A DNA stretch of 64,000 bases from a virus. How positions within the stretch are numbered: position 1 is the first letter of the stretch; the number at the start of each line of letters is the position of its first letter. Shown here one piece after another: positions 1 to 8,451 of the stretch. The notes below the pieces were generated by a model. It was not told where the DNA came from. It saw only the letters and a program-made list of their open reading frames with translations, and made no database searches. A program made the position numbers and the translations under genes. Location of the stretch: positions 152,297-216,296 of the IMG/VR virus record IMGVR_UViG_3300037245_003526. One strand, 5' to 3'.

Positions 1-3
1 AAC

Positions 4-1386
4 ATGAGTAGAAACATTTGCACACTTACCGATTCGTACAAAATTGGCCATCCTAGCATGTATCCTGATGAAACCGAAAATTCTTTTGAATACTTCTCAG
101 CAAGGAAGGGAGCGTTATATAATAAGACGTTACTCTTTAGTCCTCAATTTTTGATTAAAAAGAACCTATTAGGTAAGGTTCTAACTAAAGAAAAGATTGA
201 TCGAGCTGATAATCTTTGCATGCAACACTTTAACCAAGATATATTCAAACGTAAGAGATGGGATGATATGCTTGAGAAGCATAAAGGAATATTACCCATT
301 CGTATAAAGGCAGTACCTGAGGGAACATTAATTCCTACAGATAATGTACTAATTACCATGGAAGCTACAGATGAAGACTTCTACTGGTTACCTGGTCACT
401 TAGATCCATTAATGACCCATGCATGGAGTGGAAGTACAGTTGCTACATTATCTAGGGAAGTAAAAATTGTATGTAAACATTATCTTGAAAAAACCTCAGA
501 TACTTTAGATCCATTGGATTTCATGTTACATGATTTTGGATTTAGAGGAGCATCATGTGTAGAAGAAGCACAGGTTCAAGGTTTAGGACATTTAGTAAAT
601 TTTAAAGGTACAGACACACTTGTAGCAATTGAGTTAGGTATGGAGTATTATAACTCCGGAGTATGTGCTTATTCAGTTCCTGCAACTGAGCATAGTATCA
701 TGACCAGTCTCGGTCCTGATGGAGAAGAACAAGTTCTTAGATATCTTCTTAAAAGATTTCCTACTGGTATTCTTAGTGTTGTAATTGATAGTTTCAACCA
801 TGAAAGATTCATTACTAAAATTGCAGCTAATTGTAAAGATGAAATATTAGCACGTGATGGTAAGTTGGTATTTCGTCCTGATAGTGGTGAACCGGTATCT
901 ACAACTATACATACTCTTGAACTTCTTGAGAATATATTTGGTACTTCTCCTAATAGTAAATATTTTAAAGTATTAAATCCAAAGATAGGAGCTTTATGGG
1001 GAGATGGTATTCAGTATATTGGAGTAAGAAATATATTACATGCTATGAAGGATGCTAACTTTAGTGCTGAAAATATAGTATTTGGAATGGGTGGAGGTCT
1101 TCATTCAAGTACAAATCGTGATACCCAAAGGTTTGCATTCAAAAGCTCTGCACAAAAAAGAGAAGGTGTATGGCATGATATATTTAAACAACCCACAGAA
1201 ATAAGTAAGGCATCATTAAAAGGTAAACAATATGTTTATCATATTGAAGGATCTCATGGTAGTGATTATGTAACTACCAATGTAAAAAATGATAATCATA
1301 TTGATGTACTTGAGACTGTTTTAGAAGATGGGGAATTGTTTCGTGATATGACTTTTGATGAAGTTAGAAAAAATGCTGCCATTTAA
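4..1386 (+). CDS. nadV: nicotinamide phosphoribosyltransferase (NAMPT/NadV-like), NAD+ salvage
   Basis: 460-aa ORF; the N-terminal motif (..TDSYKIGHP..) and the length fit NAMPT; this enzyme is common in large phages. Confidence 0.75.
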   Translation: MSRNICTLTDSYKIGHPSMYPDETENSFEYFSARKGALYNKTLLFSPQFLIKKNLLGKVLTKEKIDRADNLCMQHFNQDIFKRKRWDDMLEKHKGILPIRIKAVPEGTLIPTDNVLITMEATDEDFYWLPGHLDPLMTHAWSGSTVATLSREVKIVCKHYLEKTSDTLDPLDFMLHDFGFRGASCVEEAQVQGLGHLVNFKGTDTLVAIELGMEYYNSGVCAYSVPATEHSIMTSLGPDGEEQVLRYLLKRFPTGILSVVIDSFNHERFITKIAANCKDEILARDGKLVFRPDSGEPVSTTIHTLELLENIFGTSPNSKYFKVLNPKIGALWGDGIQYIGVRNILHAMKDANFSAENIVFGMGGGLHSSTNRDTQRFAFKSSAQKREGVWHDIFKQPTEISKASLKGKQYVYHIEGSHGSDYVTTNVKNDNHIDVLETVLEDGELFRDMTFDEVRKNAAI

Positions 1387-1397
1387 GGAGATTTAAA

Positions 1398-2222
1398 ATG
1401 AAAATTAAAAAATCAAAGAAATTTAAAAATGGTATAGTATATGCATTAGAATTAGATGATGGATATCTTATAGAAACTACAGATACTTTTTTACCTTGGT
1501 ATACAAAAGATGCTATTTCTACCCACTCAAATAAATTAAAAGATTCTGAATCATTGGGATCAAGAAAAGAAAGATGGATGGTAGGTGTATCTACTATGAG
1601 TGGATGTCCGGTAAATTGTAAATTTTGTGATACTTCAAAATTAAAAAAATGTAGAAATCTCACATATAAGGAAATTGTAAATCAAGTAAAGTTTATTATT
1701 AACAATGTTGAAAATGGTGGTTTCACAGCTAAAATAGCAAAGGAATTTAAAATAAACTATACAAGAATGGGTGAACCTTTCTTGAATATTGATGAAGTAA
1801 AAAGAGCTATATCATCATTAGATAACGGTTTTGATAGTCCTCGTCCTATAATGACTGGAGGTATTTCTACACATCATTATATTTCTACTATAGGTTTAAA
1901 AGATCAAGATTATTCATGGATAAAAGATAATATTACACTTCAATTGAGTGTTCATTCACTTGATGATAAGTATAGAGATTGGTTGATTCCTAATAAAAAT
2001 AAAGCTACATTAAATGAATTAGGTCAAATAAGAACAAAGTCCAATTTAAAAACTACAGTTAATCTTACATTAGTTAGACCAGAGGATTTTGATATTAATA
2101 AACTTCGTGAAATTTTTGATCCAGAATATTTTTTTATAAAATTATCTCCAATTAATCCAAATGAAACATCAGAATATAATTCATTAGGAGAAGGTGTAAT
2201 TGAAAGTAGTAATTTAATTTAA
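1398..2222 (+). CDS. radical SAM domain protein
   Basis: CPVNCKFCDT = a CxxxCxxC radical-SAM cluster motif; strong RBS (AAGGAG) upstream. Confidence 0.6.
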   Translation: MKIKKSKKFKNGIVYALELDDGYLIETTDTFLPWYTKDAISTHSNKLKDSESLGSRKERWMVGVSTMSGCPVNCKFCDTSKLKKCRNLTYKEIVNQVKFIINNVENGGFTAKIAKEFKINYTRMGEPFLNIDEVKRAISSLDNGFDSPRPIMTGGISTHHYISTIGLKDQDYSWIKDNITLQLSVHSLDDKYRDWLIPNKNKATLNELGQIRTKSNLKTTVNLTLVRPEDFDINKLREIFDPEYFFIKLSPINPNETSEYNSLGEGVIESSNLI

Positions 2223-2256
2223 TAGTTTTTTAACCCCAATAACAAGGAGAATTAAA

Positions 2257-2379
2257 ATGACTGACAAAATTAAAGAAGAATTGAAAAAAGCAGGATATGA
2301 TTTTGCAGTAGCAATTGCCACTAAAGCAGAAGTAAAAGCAGGAGCTGCTTGTGGTCAATTATCAATTATTATCGAATAA
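2257..2379 (+). CDS. small hypothetical protein (~40 aa)
   Basis: not in the ORF track (below its length cutoff); strong RBS ACAAGGAGAAT 6 nt upstream; Ala-rich helical peptide. Confidence 0.3.
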   Translation: MTDKIKEELKKAGYDFAVAIATKAEVKAGAACGQLSIIIE

Positions 2380-2392
2380 AGTTATTATGTAT

Positions 2393-2446
2393 GATGTACT
2401 ATACAATTTTGAAAATTATTGTATAGTACATCATTATATAGCGGAG
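2393..2446. terminator. perfect 17-bp inverted repeat hairpin (ATGATGTACTATACAAT / ATTGTATAGTACATCAT)
   Basis: the two arms are exact reverse complements separated by a ~10-nt loop; it lies just after the small ORF. Confidence 0.4.
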
Positions 2447-2667
2447 GTAGATCAATCGTTCCAATAATAAGTTGTCCTCATTGTGGAAGTAGTGAATCGT
2501 ATTATTTTAAAAATTATGGATTAACAGTTCAATATGTTTGCTCATTTGGAGGAGGTAAAGTAAATGAAAAAGTGGTAGATACTCCAGCTATAAAAACTCC
2601 TGTATATGGATTTTGTAGTCGTTGTCAAAAAAGGATTAAACTTTCCCTATTACGAGGTAAAAAATAG
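2419..2667 (+). CDS. hypothetical zinc-ribbon protein (start uncertain)
   Basis: CPHCG...CSRC motifs; the N-terminus overlaps the hairpin, so the true start is probably further downstream. Confidence 0.3.
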   Translation: MYSTSLYSGGRSIVPIISCPHCGSSESYYFKNYGLTVQYVCSFGGGKVNEKVVDTPAIKTPVYGFCSRCQKRIKLSLLRGKK

Positions 2668-2679
2668 GAATTTTTTTTT
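2646..2679 (+). terminator. rho-independent terminator
   Basis: hairpin CCTATT...AATAGG followed by a run of 9 T. Confidence 0.5.
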
Positions 2680-2721
2680 GTCATTTTTTATCATAAAAAT
2701 AGGTATTTTTTTATATTTTAT

Positions 2722-2738
2722 GTAACATAATTAAAATG
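2722..2738 (+). promoter_or_regulatory. promoter-like motif GTAACATAATTAAAATG (GAACATAtTATAAAT family)
   Basis: a member of a motif repeated at least 12 times upstream of genes (see findings). Confidence 0.3.
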
Positions 2739-2794
2739 TGAATAGGTGAAAGGGTTAAATTTTTTTAAACTAGAAAAATCGAAAGGAAATTAAA

Positions 2795-3079
2795 ATGGAC
2801 TTTGATGGAACTCAGACAACAACAATGATGGGAACAGTAGCACGAAAATTGAAATTTAATAAGAGAAGTAAAGATGAGAGAAAATCAGTAGATGAAATAG
2901 TTCAGATACTGATGGACATTCAAACAGATCTTGATACTCTTAGTACTCAGAAAGATGGTCATCTTGCAAGATTAGAAAGAGAAAAGAAAGAACTTGATGA
3001 AGCTATCTATCTTGCTGCAACTGAGAAAGAAAGAGGTAAGAAAATCTCTGCAAATATTGGGAATCTTTTGGATGTATAA
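2795..3079 (+). CDS. hypothetical protein
   Basis: ORF with RBS; coiled-coil-like sequence. Confidence 0.4.
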   Translation: MDFDGTQTTTMMGTVARKLKFNKRSKDERKSVDEIVQILMDIQTDLDTLSTQKDGHLARLEREKKELDEAIYLAATEKERGKKISANIGNLLDV

Positions 3080-3082
3080 AAA

Positions 3083-3775
3083 ATGGAAGGCAAACATATA
3101 TGTCACTTTTGTAAAGAATTTATTTCTGATGATGAAATCGGAGGTTCTAAACATGGAGAACCTGTATGTTCTTCATGTTTAGAATATCTTGAATATGGTT
3201 TTCCAATAAAAAAGAAAGAGGTTAGAAAAAATATGAAAAGTGAAATTCAAAAATATAATGGAAATGAACTAACCGAATTAAAAGACTTCATGTATAATAT
3301 ATTAGAATTTGAAGATGATGATCAAGCTAACACCAATATTACTGCTAATCAAGGAATGGGAGTTCAGCTTACAAATACAATGAAAAAAGAAGGTGTTACG
3401 ATAATTCAAAATCAAAGTATTGTAAATAAAAAGGTCACATCCAATGTAGTTAAAGCTCTTAGATTATTGGATAAAATTAAAGATAATTCAGTAAGAACTA
3501 TCGAGATAGAAACAGAGAACAAAAATATCCCAAAAATAACTATAGACCATATAGTTCAAGTTATAGAATGGATAGCTTCAAAAGATCTAACACTAAAAGA
3601 ATTTGATAAATTAATGAGAGGTTTTTATAGTAGAGCTGTAATTGATAAAAATGGTAGTAGTAAACAAGCTTCTGTAATTCTTGGGTGTAGTCAAAGTACA
3701 GCCAGCGTTTATTCAAGAGGAGGAGATGATGTTCTTGATAAAATAAATGGAAATCAATTAGAGGTTATTGAATAA
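3083..3775 (+). CDS. hypothetical protein, N-terminal Cys cluster and C-terminal HTH-like segment
   Basis: CHFCKE..CSSC near the N-terminus; KQASVILGCSQSTASVYSRG resembles a helix-turn-helix. Confidence 0.4.
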   Translation: MEGKHICHFCKEFISDDEIGGSKHGEPVCSSCLEYLEYGFPIKKKEVRKNMKSEIQKYNGNELTELKDFMYNILEFEDDDQANTNITANQGMGVQLTNTMKKEGVTIIQNQSIVNKKVTSNVVKALRLLDKIKDNSVRTIEIETENKNIPKITIDHIVQVIEWIASKDLTLKEFDKLMRGFYSRAVIDKNGSSKQASVILGCSQSTASVYSRGGDDVLDKINGNQLEVIE

Positions 3776-4226
3776 AATGAAACTTGAATCGTGGGAAGTA
3801 ATATGTGATAAATGTAATGGAGACTCATTTGTAGATATAGGAGATAAAAATTATTCTGTAGTATGCCCAAAATGTATAGGTGATGGAAAACTAGATTTTA
3901 TTGAAAATATCACTGGAAAGAAAAAACTTATATGGAAGCCAAGAAGTGAAGGAGCATCTAAATTATGTCAACTTAATGTAAGAAGATTAATTACATATAT
4001 TGAAAAAATAGTTCGATGTATTCTTGATGAACATATTAATAATTATAATAAGAATGTTGTTTTTTCTAAGGTTGATAATATTTTAGATCTCTTAAAAAAC
4101 CGTAAAGCATTCAAATGGTATGAACTTGAAATTATACCTTTGAAGAATAGATCAAACTTAGATATAGTTATAAGACCTCCATTAATAGATGAATCATTTA
4201 AAATATCGTTTACGTATACTTCATAA
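3768..4226 (+). CDS. DnaJ-type zinc-finger (CxxCxGxG x2) family protein, isolated paralogue
   Basis: WEVICDKCNGDS...CPKCIGDGKLDFIENITGKKK has the same motif as the 45.7-47.8 kb tandem family. Confidence 0.5.
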   Translation: MNKMKLESWEVICDKCNGDSFVDIGDKNYSVVCPKCIGDGKLDFIENITGKKKLIWKPRSEGASKLCQLNVRRLITYIEKIVRCILDEHINNYNKNVVFSKVDNILDLLKNRKAFKWYELEIIPLKNRSNLDIVIRPPLIDESFKISFTYTS

Positions 4227-4242
4227 GAACAATAATATAAAT

Positions 4243-4330
4243 GCCCGGGTGGCGTAATTTGGCAGGCGCATCAGATTTAAGCTCTGATATCCATAGTGGT
4301 GTGCGGGTTCGAGTCCCGCCTCGGGCACCA
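4243..4330 (+). tRNA. tRNA-Leu (anticodon TAA), class II
   Basis: manual fold: acceptor GCCCGGG/CTCGGGC, anticodon loop TTTAAGC, long variable arm, T-arm GCGGGTTCGAGTCCCGC, 3' CCA. Confidence 0.8.
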
Positions 4331-4350
4331 TTTTTGAAAGGATAATAAAA

Positions 4351-4962
4351 ATGAAAAGTGAAAACATATGTCTATTTGATATGGACGGTACAATAGTTGA
4401 TTTTGATTCTCAAATGCAAATAGACTTAGAAAAAATGAGAAGTCCTGATGAACCAATTGTTGATCCATGGGATCGTAATTATCCATATATGCAAGCAAGA
4501 AAGTATTCTATTATGAGTCAAGCTGGTTGGTGGAGAAATTTGAAACCAATTGCTGGAGGAATGAATCTTTTAAATGAAGCAGTCCTGATGGGTTTTAATG
4601 TTCATATATTAACTAAAGGACCAGTATTAAGACCTGATGCATGGAAAGAAAAAGTTGAATGGTGTCAAGATCATTTAAATCTAAAAGAAGATAAGATTAA
4701 AATGACTATCACTGAAAATAAAGGTATGGTATATGGTAAAATTTTAGTTGATGACTTTCCTCCATATGTTAAAAAGTGGCTTGAAAATAGACCAAGAGGT
4801 TTAGTTATTATGCCTACTTGTGATTATAATAAAAAATATGAACATCCTAATGTTGTAAAAATTGATTATAATAATCTTGAGAGTGTTTTATACGCTCTCT
4901 CATGTATGAAAAAAGTATTAGATAGAAAACCTAATGAGAAATTATTATTAAACAAAATTTGA
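4351..4962 (+). CDS. HAD-superfamily hydrolase (5'-nucleotidase-like)
   Basis: N-terminal LFDMDGTIVDFD = the HAD DxDGT motif. Confidence 0.6.
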   Translation: MKSENICLFDMDGTIVDFDSQMQIDLEKMRSPDEPIVDPWDRNYPYMQARKYSIMSQAGWWRNLKPIAGGMNLLNEAVLMGFNVHILTKGPVLRPDAWKEKVEWCQDHLNLKEDKIKMTITENKGMVYGKILVDDFPPYVKKWLENRPRGLVIMPTCDYNKKYEHPNVVKIDYNNLESVLYALSCMKKVLDRKPNEKLLLNKI

Positions 4963-4969
4963 AAGGAAA

Positions 4970-5491
4970 TTGATGAAAGTAATTAATTTATTCGGAGGAC
5001 CTGGTTCAGGAAAATCAACTACTGCTGCAGGATTATTCTTCAAAATGAAAATGTCAGATGAAATATCTAGTGTTGAATTAGTTACAGAATTTGCAAAAGA
5101 TTTAGTATATGCGGAAAGATTAAAAGAACTAAGACCTGAAAATCAGATGTATGTAACAACTAAACAATATAGCAGATTAAATAGATTAATAGGTAATGTC
5201 GATTATGTAATAACTGATTCACCTATTATACAAGGATTATTATATACTACTTGGAATTATTTTCCTTCATTCAAACCATTGGTTAAAGAAATATTTGACT
5301 CATTTGAAAATATAAATATATTTTTGAATAGAACTAAACCTTATAAAACATACGGAAGAGCTCAAACAGAATGTGAAGCAGATATTGTAAGTTTCAATAT
5401 ATTAATCTTTTTAAAGAATAATAATATTCCTTATATTACTGTTGATGGTGATAAAGATGCACCTGATACTATTTATAAATATATAATATAA
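4970..5491 (+). CDS. P-loop NTPase / (deoxy)nucleotide kinase-like
   Basis: Walker A GGPGSGKST at the N-terminus; ~170 aa. Confidence 0.5.
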   Translation: MMKVINLFGGPGSGKSTTAAGLFFKMKMSDEISSVELVTEFAKDLVYAERLKELRPENQMYVTTKQYSRLNRLIGNVDYVITDSPIIQGLLYTTWNYFPSFKPLVKEIFDSFENINIFLNRTKPYKTYGRAQTECEADIVSFNILIFLKNNNIPYITVDGDKDAPDTIYKYII

Positions 5492-5509
5492 TTAGAAGGG
5501 AGAATTAAA

Positions 5510-5683
5510 ATGCCTTGGTTAGTAAGAATAGCATTAATAGCAGTAGGTTTTGGACTTGCTAAATTTACTGAAACAGAAGTATGTAAAGATATGACAGAAG
5601 TACTAAAGACAGGCAGTAGACAAATCAAAAAAGATCTTGAAAAAGAAGTTGATGATTTGAAAACGAAAGTAAAAGAAAAATAA
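5510..5683 (+). CDS. small membrane-anchored protein (~57 aa)
   Basis: not in the track; RBS GAAGGGAG; hydrophobic N-terminus then a charged tail. Confidence 0.3.
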   Translation: MPWLVRIALIAVGFGLAKFTETEVCKDMTEVLKTGSRQIKKDLEKEVDDLKTKVKEK

Positions 5684-5691
5684 AGAAATGT

Positions 5692-5777
5692 GCTCGGGTG
5701 GCGAAATTGGCAGACGCGCTAGACTTAGGATCTAGTTCTCATAGAGAGTGGAGGTTCAAATCCTCTCCCGAGTACCA
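5692..5777 (+). tRNA. tRNA-Leu (anticodon TAG), class II
   Basis: manual fold: anticodon loop CTTAGGA, variable arm TCTC-ATA-GAGA, T-loop TTCAAAT, CCA. Confidence 0.75.
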
Positions 5778-5798
5778 TTAAAAAACGAAAGGTGAAAA

Positions 5799-6227
5799 AT
5801 GGGAATAAATATAACAGTAGACGGAAAAAGAATATCAATAGCTGGAAATAAACCAAATATATTACATAATTTTAAAAATTTTTTTGGTAGTATGTTATAT
5901 AAAGATTTTGAAATTAAAGATACTGAAATAGACGAAGTTCTTGATAAAACTGTAGAAGAAGTTCCTGAGGTTTATAATGATATAAAGAAAGATATCAAAG
6001 TAGAAACTTCAAAACTTATTGATGCTAATCTTATTAAAGAATGTATTGAAGATTATGATATAAGGGAAATAGTAAAAAGAGAAATAGCTCAAAAGATTTT
6101 AAAAGTTATATTAAGAGATGCTGAAGATTTAGTTGAAAATGCTTTAGATGATTTTGAGGGTGATAGTGATACACATTGGGAAATACAAAAATTTGTAAGG
6201 AATACAATCATAGGTTCATTTAAATAA
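5799..6227 (+). CDS. hypothetical acidic protein
   Basis: ORF with RBS. Confidence 0.4.
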   Translation: MGINITVDGKRISIAGNKPNILHNFKNFFGSMLYKDFEIKDTEIDEVLDKTVEEVPEVYNDIKKDIKVETSKLIDANLIKECIEDYDIREIVKREIAQKILKVILRDAEDLVENALDDFEGDSDTHWEIQKFVRNTIIGSFK

Positions 6228-6244
6228 TTACTTGGAGGTAAATA

Positions 6245-6388
6245 ATGAAAACTTTATTTTTTTTAGCTCTTTTAAAATTAATAGTTTTATTATTTATCCT
6301 TACTACAGATTACAGTTTATTCAGTTATTATTCAAATAATGTAATGACTTTTTTTAAGAGTTATTATAATAAAATACTTAGAACATAA
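6245..6388 (+). CDS. small hydrophobic ORF (~47 aa), doubtful
   Basis: RBS GGAGG present, but the 3' end contains the promoter-like motif that precedes tRNA-Asp. Confidence 0.2.
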   Translation: MKTLFFLALLKLIVLLFILTTDYSLFSYYSNNVMTFFKSYYNKILRT

Positions 6389-6397
6389 TATAAATAC

Positions 6398-6471
6398 GGA
6401 GTATTGGTGTAATGGTAGCACAGTAGATTGTCGATCTACTAATAGGGGTTCGATTCCCCTATACTCCGCCA
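6398..6471 (+). tRNA. tRNA-Asp (anticodon GTC)
   Basis: acceptor GGAGTAT/ATACTCC, anticodon loop TTGTCGA, T-loop TTCGATT, CCA. Confidence 0.85.
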
Positions 6472-6500
6472 ACTTAAATTGTGAAAGGAAAAAAAGAAAA

Positions 6501-6764
6501 ATGACTTATTCTGAAAATTATGAAAAAATGGAAGAGGATGCTAAATTTGTATTATCTTATCTTGAAAAGAAAAATCAAGGCGCTCCTACTTATTGTAAGA
6601 GTGTTTTACTAATGGCTCATAATATTGCTAAATTTAAAGAAGATCTTTGGATAGAAGAAATAAGACAAAAACAATTTGAAGCACAGCAAGCAGAGCAAAT
6701 GCAAAAACAAATGGAATCAGTAGCACAATCTGAAGAAGAAAAAACTATTGAAATAGAAAAATAA
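6501..6764 (+). CDS. hypothetical protein
   Basis: ORF with RBS GAAAGGAAAAA. Confidence 0.4.
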   Translation: MTYSENYEKMEEDAKFVLSYLEKKNQGAPTYCKSVLLMAHNIAKFKEDLWIEEIRQKQFEAQQAEQMQKQMESVAQSEEEKTIEIEK

Positions 6765-6769
6765 AAAAT

Positions 6770-6857
6770 GGCGAGGTGGCGTAATCTGGGATCGCAGTAG
6801 CTTGCTAAGCTATCCAGGGTAAAACCTGTCTCGGTTCAAATCCGGGTCTCGCCGCCA
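6770..6857 (+). tRNA. tRNA-Ser (anticodon GCT), class II
   Basis: anticodon loop TTGCTAA, long variable arm CAGG-GTAAAA-CCTG, T-loop TTCAAAT, CCA. Confidence 0.8.
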
Positions 6858-6865
6858 TAAAATAA

Positions 6866-6955
6866 CGCGGTGTCGAGTAGTGGTTAGCTCACTGGGCTCA
6901 TAACCCAGAGTTCTTTAACGAGAGCACGGGTGTTCGAATCACCCCACCGCAACCA
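6866..6955 (+). tRNA. tRNA with anticodon CAT (Met/initiator-like) carrying an unusually long variable arm
   Basis: anticodon stem CTGGG/CCCAG (three G-C pairs), loop CTCATAA, C1:A72 mismatch, 19-nt variable arm with stem GTTCT/AGAGC, T-loop TTCGAAT, CCA. Confidence 0.5.
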
Positions 6956-6960
6956 TATTC

Positions 6961-7034
6961 GGCGAGGGGTCGTTGGTGACCGGTTAGAGCTCATATCTCT
7001 GATTAGGTGAGATCGTCACTCACACTCGCTACCA
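6961..7034 (+). tRNA. tRNA-like element, possible CAT-anticodon tRNA (Ile2/Met?) with a non-canonical D region
   Basis: acceptor GGCGAGG/ACTCGCT (6 of 7 bp), anticodon stem-loop TAGAG-CTCATAT-CTCTG, T-arm GTGAG-ATCGTCA-CTCAC, ACCA tail; D-arm irregular. Confidence 0.3.
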
Positions 7035-7037
7035 GAT

Positions 7038-7139
7038 GACGAGTGACTTATACATTGTTAAATGGGCAGAATTAGCTGCTGGGTACCCGTAAAATCCACT
7101 CATGGATTGAGCAGAAATTTCGCGTATAAGTCACTCGAC
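7038..7139. repeat. structured element bounded by a 16-bp imperfect inverted repeat (GACGAGTGACTTATAC ... GTATAAGTCACTCGAC)
   Basis: terminal inverted repeats with 1 mismatch enclose ~70 nt containing nested stems (CTGCT/AGCAG; ATCCA/TGGAT; GGGTACCC palindrome); no ORF. Confidence 0.45.
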
Positions 7140-7158
7140 CAAATTTAATGGTGAATAT

Positions 7159-7485
7159 ATGAAAGTATTTTGTGATAATTGTGAACATTTTGATTCTAGA
7201 CATGCTATGTATGAAAAATGTTTACATCCAGAAAACCAGAAAGTTGTAGAAATAAAAGAAACATATTCAACACCTAAAAGTAGTTATAAAACATCTGAGT
7301 TTGATCCGTGTCAACTAAATTCAGAAAATGATTGTAAATGGTTTGAACCTAACCTAACAAATTATTTACATATTAAATTAACAAATTTTTTAAAAAGAAT
7401 TATGGTCGCATCGTCTAATGGCAAGGACAAAAGATTTTCGATCTTTAAATCGGGGTTCGATTCCCCGTGCGACTACCAAAAATAA
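7159..7485 (+). CDS. Cys-rich hypothetical ORF; its 3' part overlaps tRNA-Glu, so it may be spurious or shorter
   Basis: CDNCEH..C N-terminus looks protein-like, but the last ~80 nt coincide with a well-formed tRNA. Confidence 0.2.
   Translation: MKVFCDNCEHFDSRHAMYEKCLHPENQKVVEIKETYSTPKSSYKTSEFDPCQLNSENDCKWFEPNLTNYLHIKLTNFLKRIMVASSNGKDKRFSIFKSGFDSPCDYQK
7404..7478 (+). tRNA. tRNA-Glu (anticodon TTC)
   Basis: acceptor GGTCGCA/TGCGACT, D-stem GTCT/GGAC, anticodon stem AAAGA/TCTTT with loop TTTTCGA, T-loop TTCGATT, CCA. Confidence 0.65.
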
Positions 7486-7498
7486 TGAAAGGTGAATA

Positions 7499-7705
7499 AT
7501 GGCAAAGGAATTAGAAATTCTTGACTTTTATAAGAATAAGAAAAACGGACAGTTATATAAAATTATTGATTTTGTAATAAATTGTACTAATGAACAAGAC
7601 GGTCAACATATGGTAGAATATGTTAAAGTTAGTAATAATGAAACTCAAGTTTTTGTAAGAGAAATAAAAGAGTTTTGTGAAAAATTTGAGTTTTATGAAG
7701 ATTAA
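7499..7705 (+). CDS. hypothetical protein
   Basis: ORF with RBS AAAGGTGAATAATG. Confidence 0.4.
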   Translation: MAKELEILDFYKNKKNGQLYKIIDFVINCTNEQDGQHMVEYVKVSNNETQVFVREIKEFCEKFEFYED

Positions 7706-7710
7706 ATAAT

Positions 7711-7795
7711 GGGGGGTTCGCATAGCGGCAATTGCGTCTGGCTGTAGACCAGATACCTTCGGGTTACCCAGGTTCGAGTCCTGGATCCCTCACCA
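7711..7795 (+). tRNA. tRNA-Tyr (anticodon GTA), bacterial-type long variable arm
   Basis: acceptor GGGGGGT/ATCCCTC, anticodon loop CTGTAGA, variable arm ACC-TTCG-GGT, T-loop TTCGAGT, CCA. Confidence 0.8.
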
Positions 7796-7814
7796 TTTTT
7801 AAAAGAGGAACAAC

Positions 7815-8180
7815 ATGAAACCGGAATTAAAATTATATTCACCTCCAAGTTACAAGAGACTTACACCTGAAGCAAGAGATGAAATAGTAAATGGATGTGG
7901 AGCAGCTAATGCTAGGTTTGATTTTATTCCTGATAAAATTTACGGATTGGATATTTCAGAAGCTTGTAATATTCATGATTATATGTACCACATTGCTGAA
8001 TCAACAAACGAAGCGAAGATAGAAGCTGACAGGATATTTTTAAATAACCTACTCCGAATTATTGAATTTTATACTACATCATCTGTATTAAAAAAATTAC
8101 GAAGATCACGTGCTAAAAAATATTATAAAGCTGTTAAAGCTTATGGTGGACCTGCTTTTTGGGAAGATAAAAACGAGTAA
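7815..8180 (+). CDS. hypothetical protein
   Basis: ORF with RBS. Confidence 0.4.
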   Translation: MKPELKLYSPPSYKRLTPEARDEIVNGCGAANARFDFIPDKIYGLDISEACNIHDYMYHIAESTNEAKIEADRIFLNNLLRIIEFYTTSSVLKKLRRSRAKKYYKAVKAYGGPAFWEDKNE

Positions 8181-8226
8181 ATTAAATGATCTAAAGGAAA
8201 GAACAAACTTTAAATAGGATATATAA

Positions 8227-8451
8227 ATGATAATTTATGCAAATGGAAAAGCACTTGGAACTGATCCTGATGGTAATACTAGTGAAATTGGTGTAACTGG
8301 ACCTACAGGTGATGAACTAAAAGTTTCCAATTTAGAAAGTTCAGATTTACTTTCTTATATGTTGAAAGAACTAAAAAAAATGAATATCCATTTAAGTTTA
8401 ATGACAGATGTAATGCTAAGTAATGAAGATATAGATATGGGGACTTCATAA
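8227..8451 (+). CDS. hypothetical protein
   Basis: ORF. Confidence 0.35.
   Translation: MIIYANGKALGTDPDGNTSEIGVTGPTGDELKVSNLESSDLLSYMLKELKKMNIHLSLMTDVMLSNEDIDMGTS

Noticed and set aside
1364-1663. Minus-strand 99-aa ORF overlapping the start of the radical SAM gene
   Set aside because: Antisense to a well-supported gene with a strong RBS; low-complexity translation.
4277-4498. Minus-strand 73-aa ORF
   Set aside because: It overlaps tRNA-Leu(TAA) entirely on the opposite strand and has no RBS; spurious.
7404-7478. My initial call of this tRNA as Arg (TCG)
   Set aside because: Re-indexing showed the 5-bp anticodon stem is AAAGA/TCTTT with the 7-nt loop TTTTCGA, giving anticodon TTC (Glu). 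The TCG reading required a 5-nt loop.
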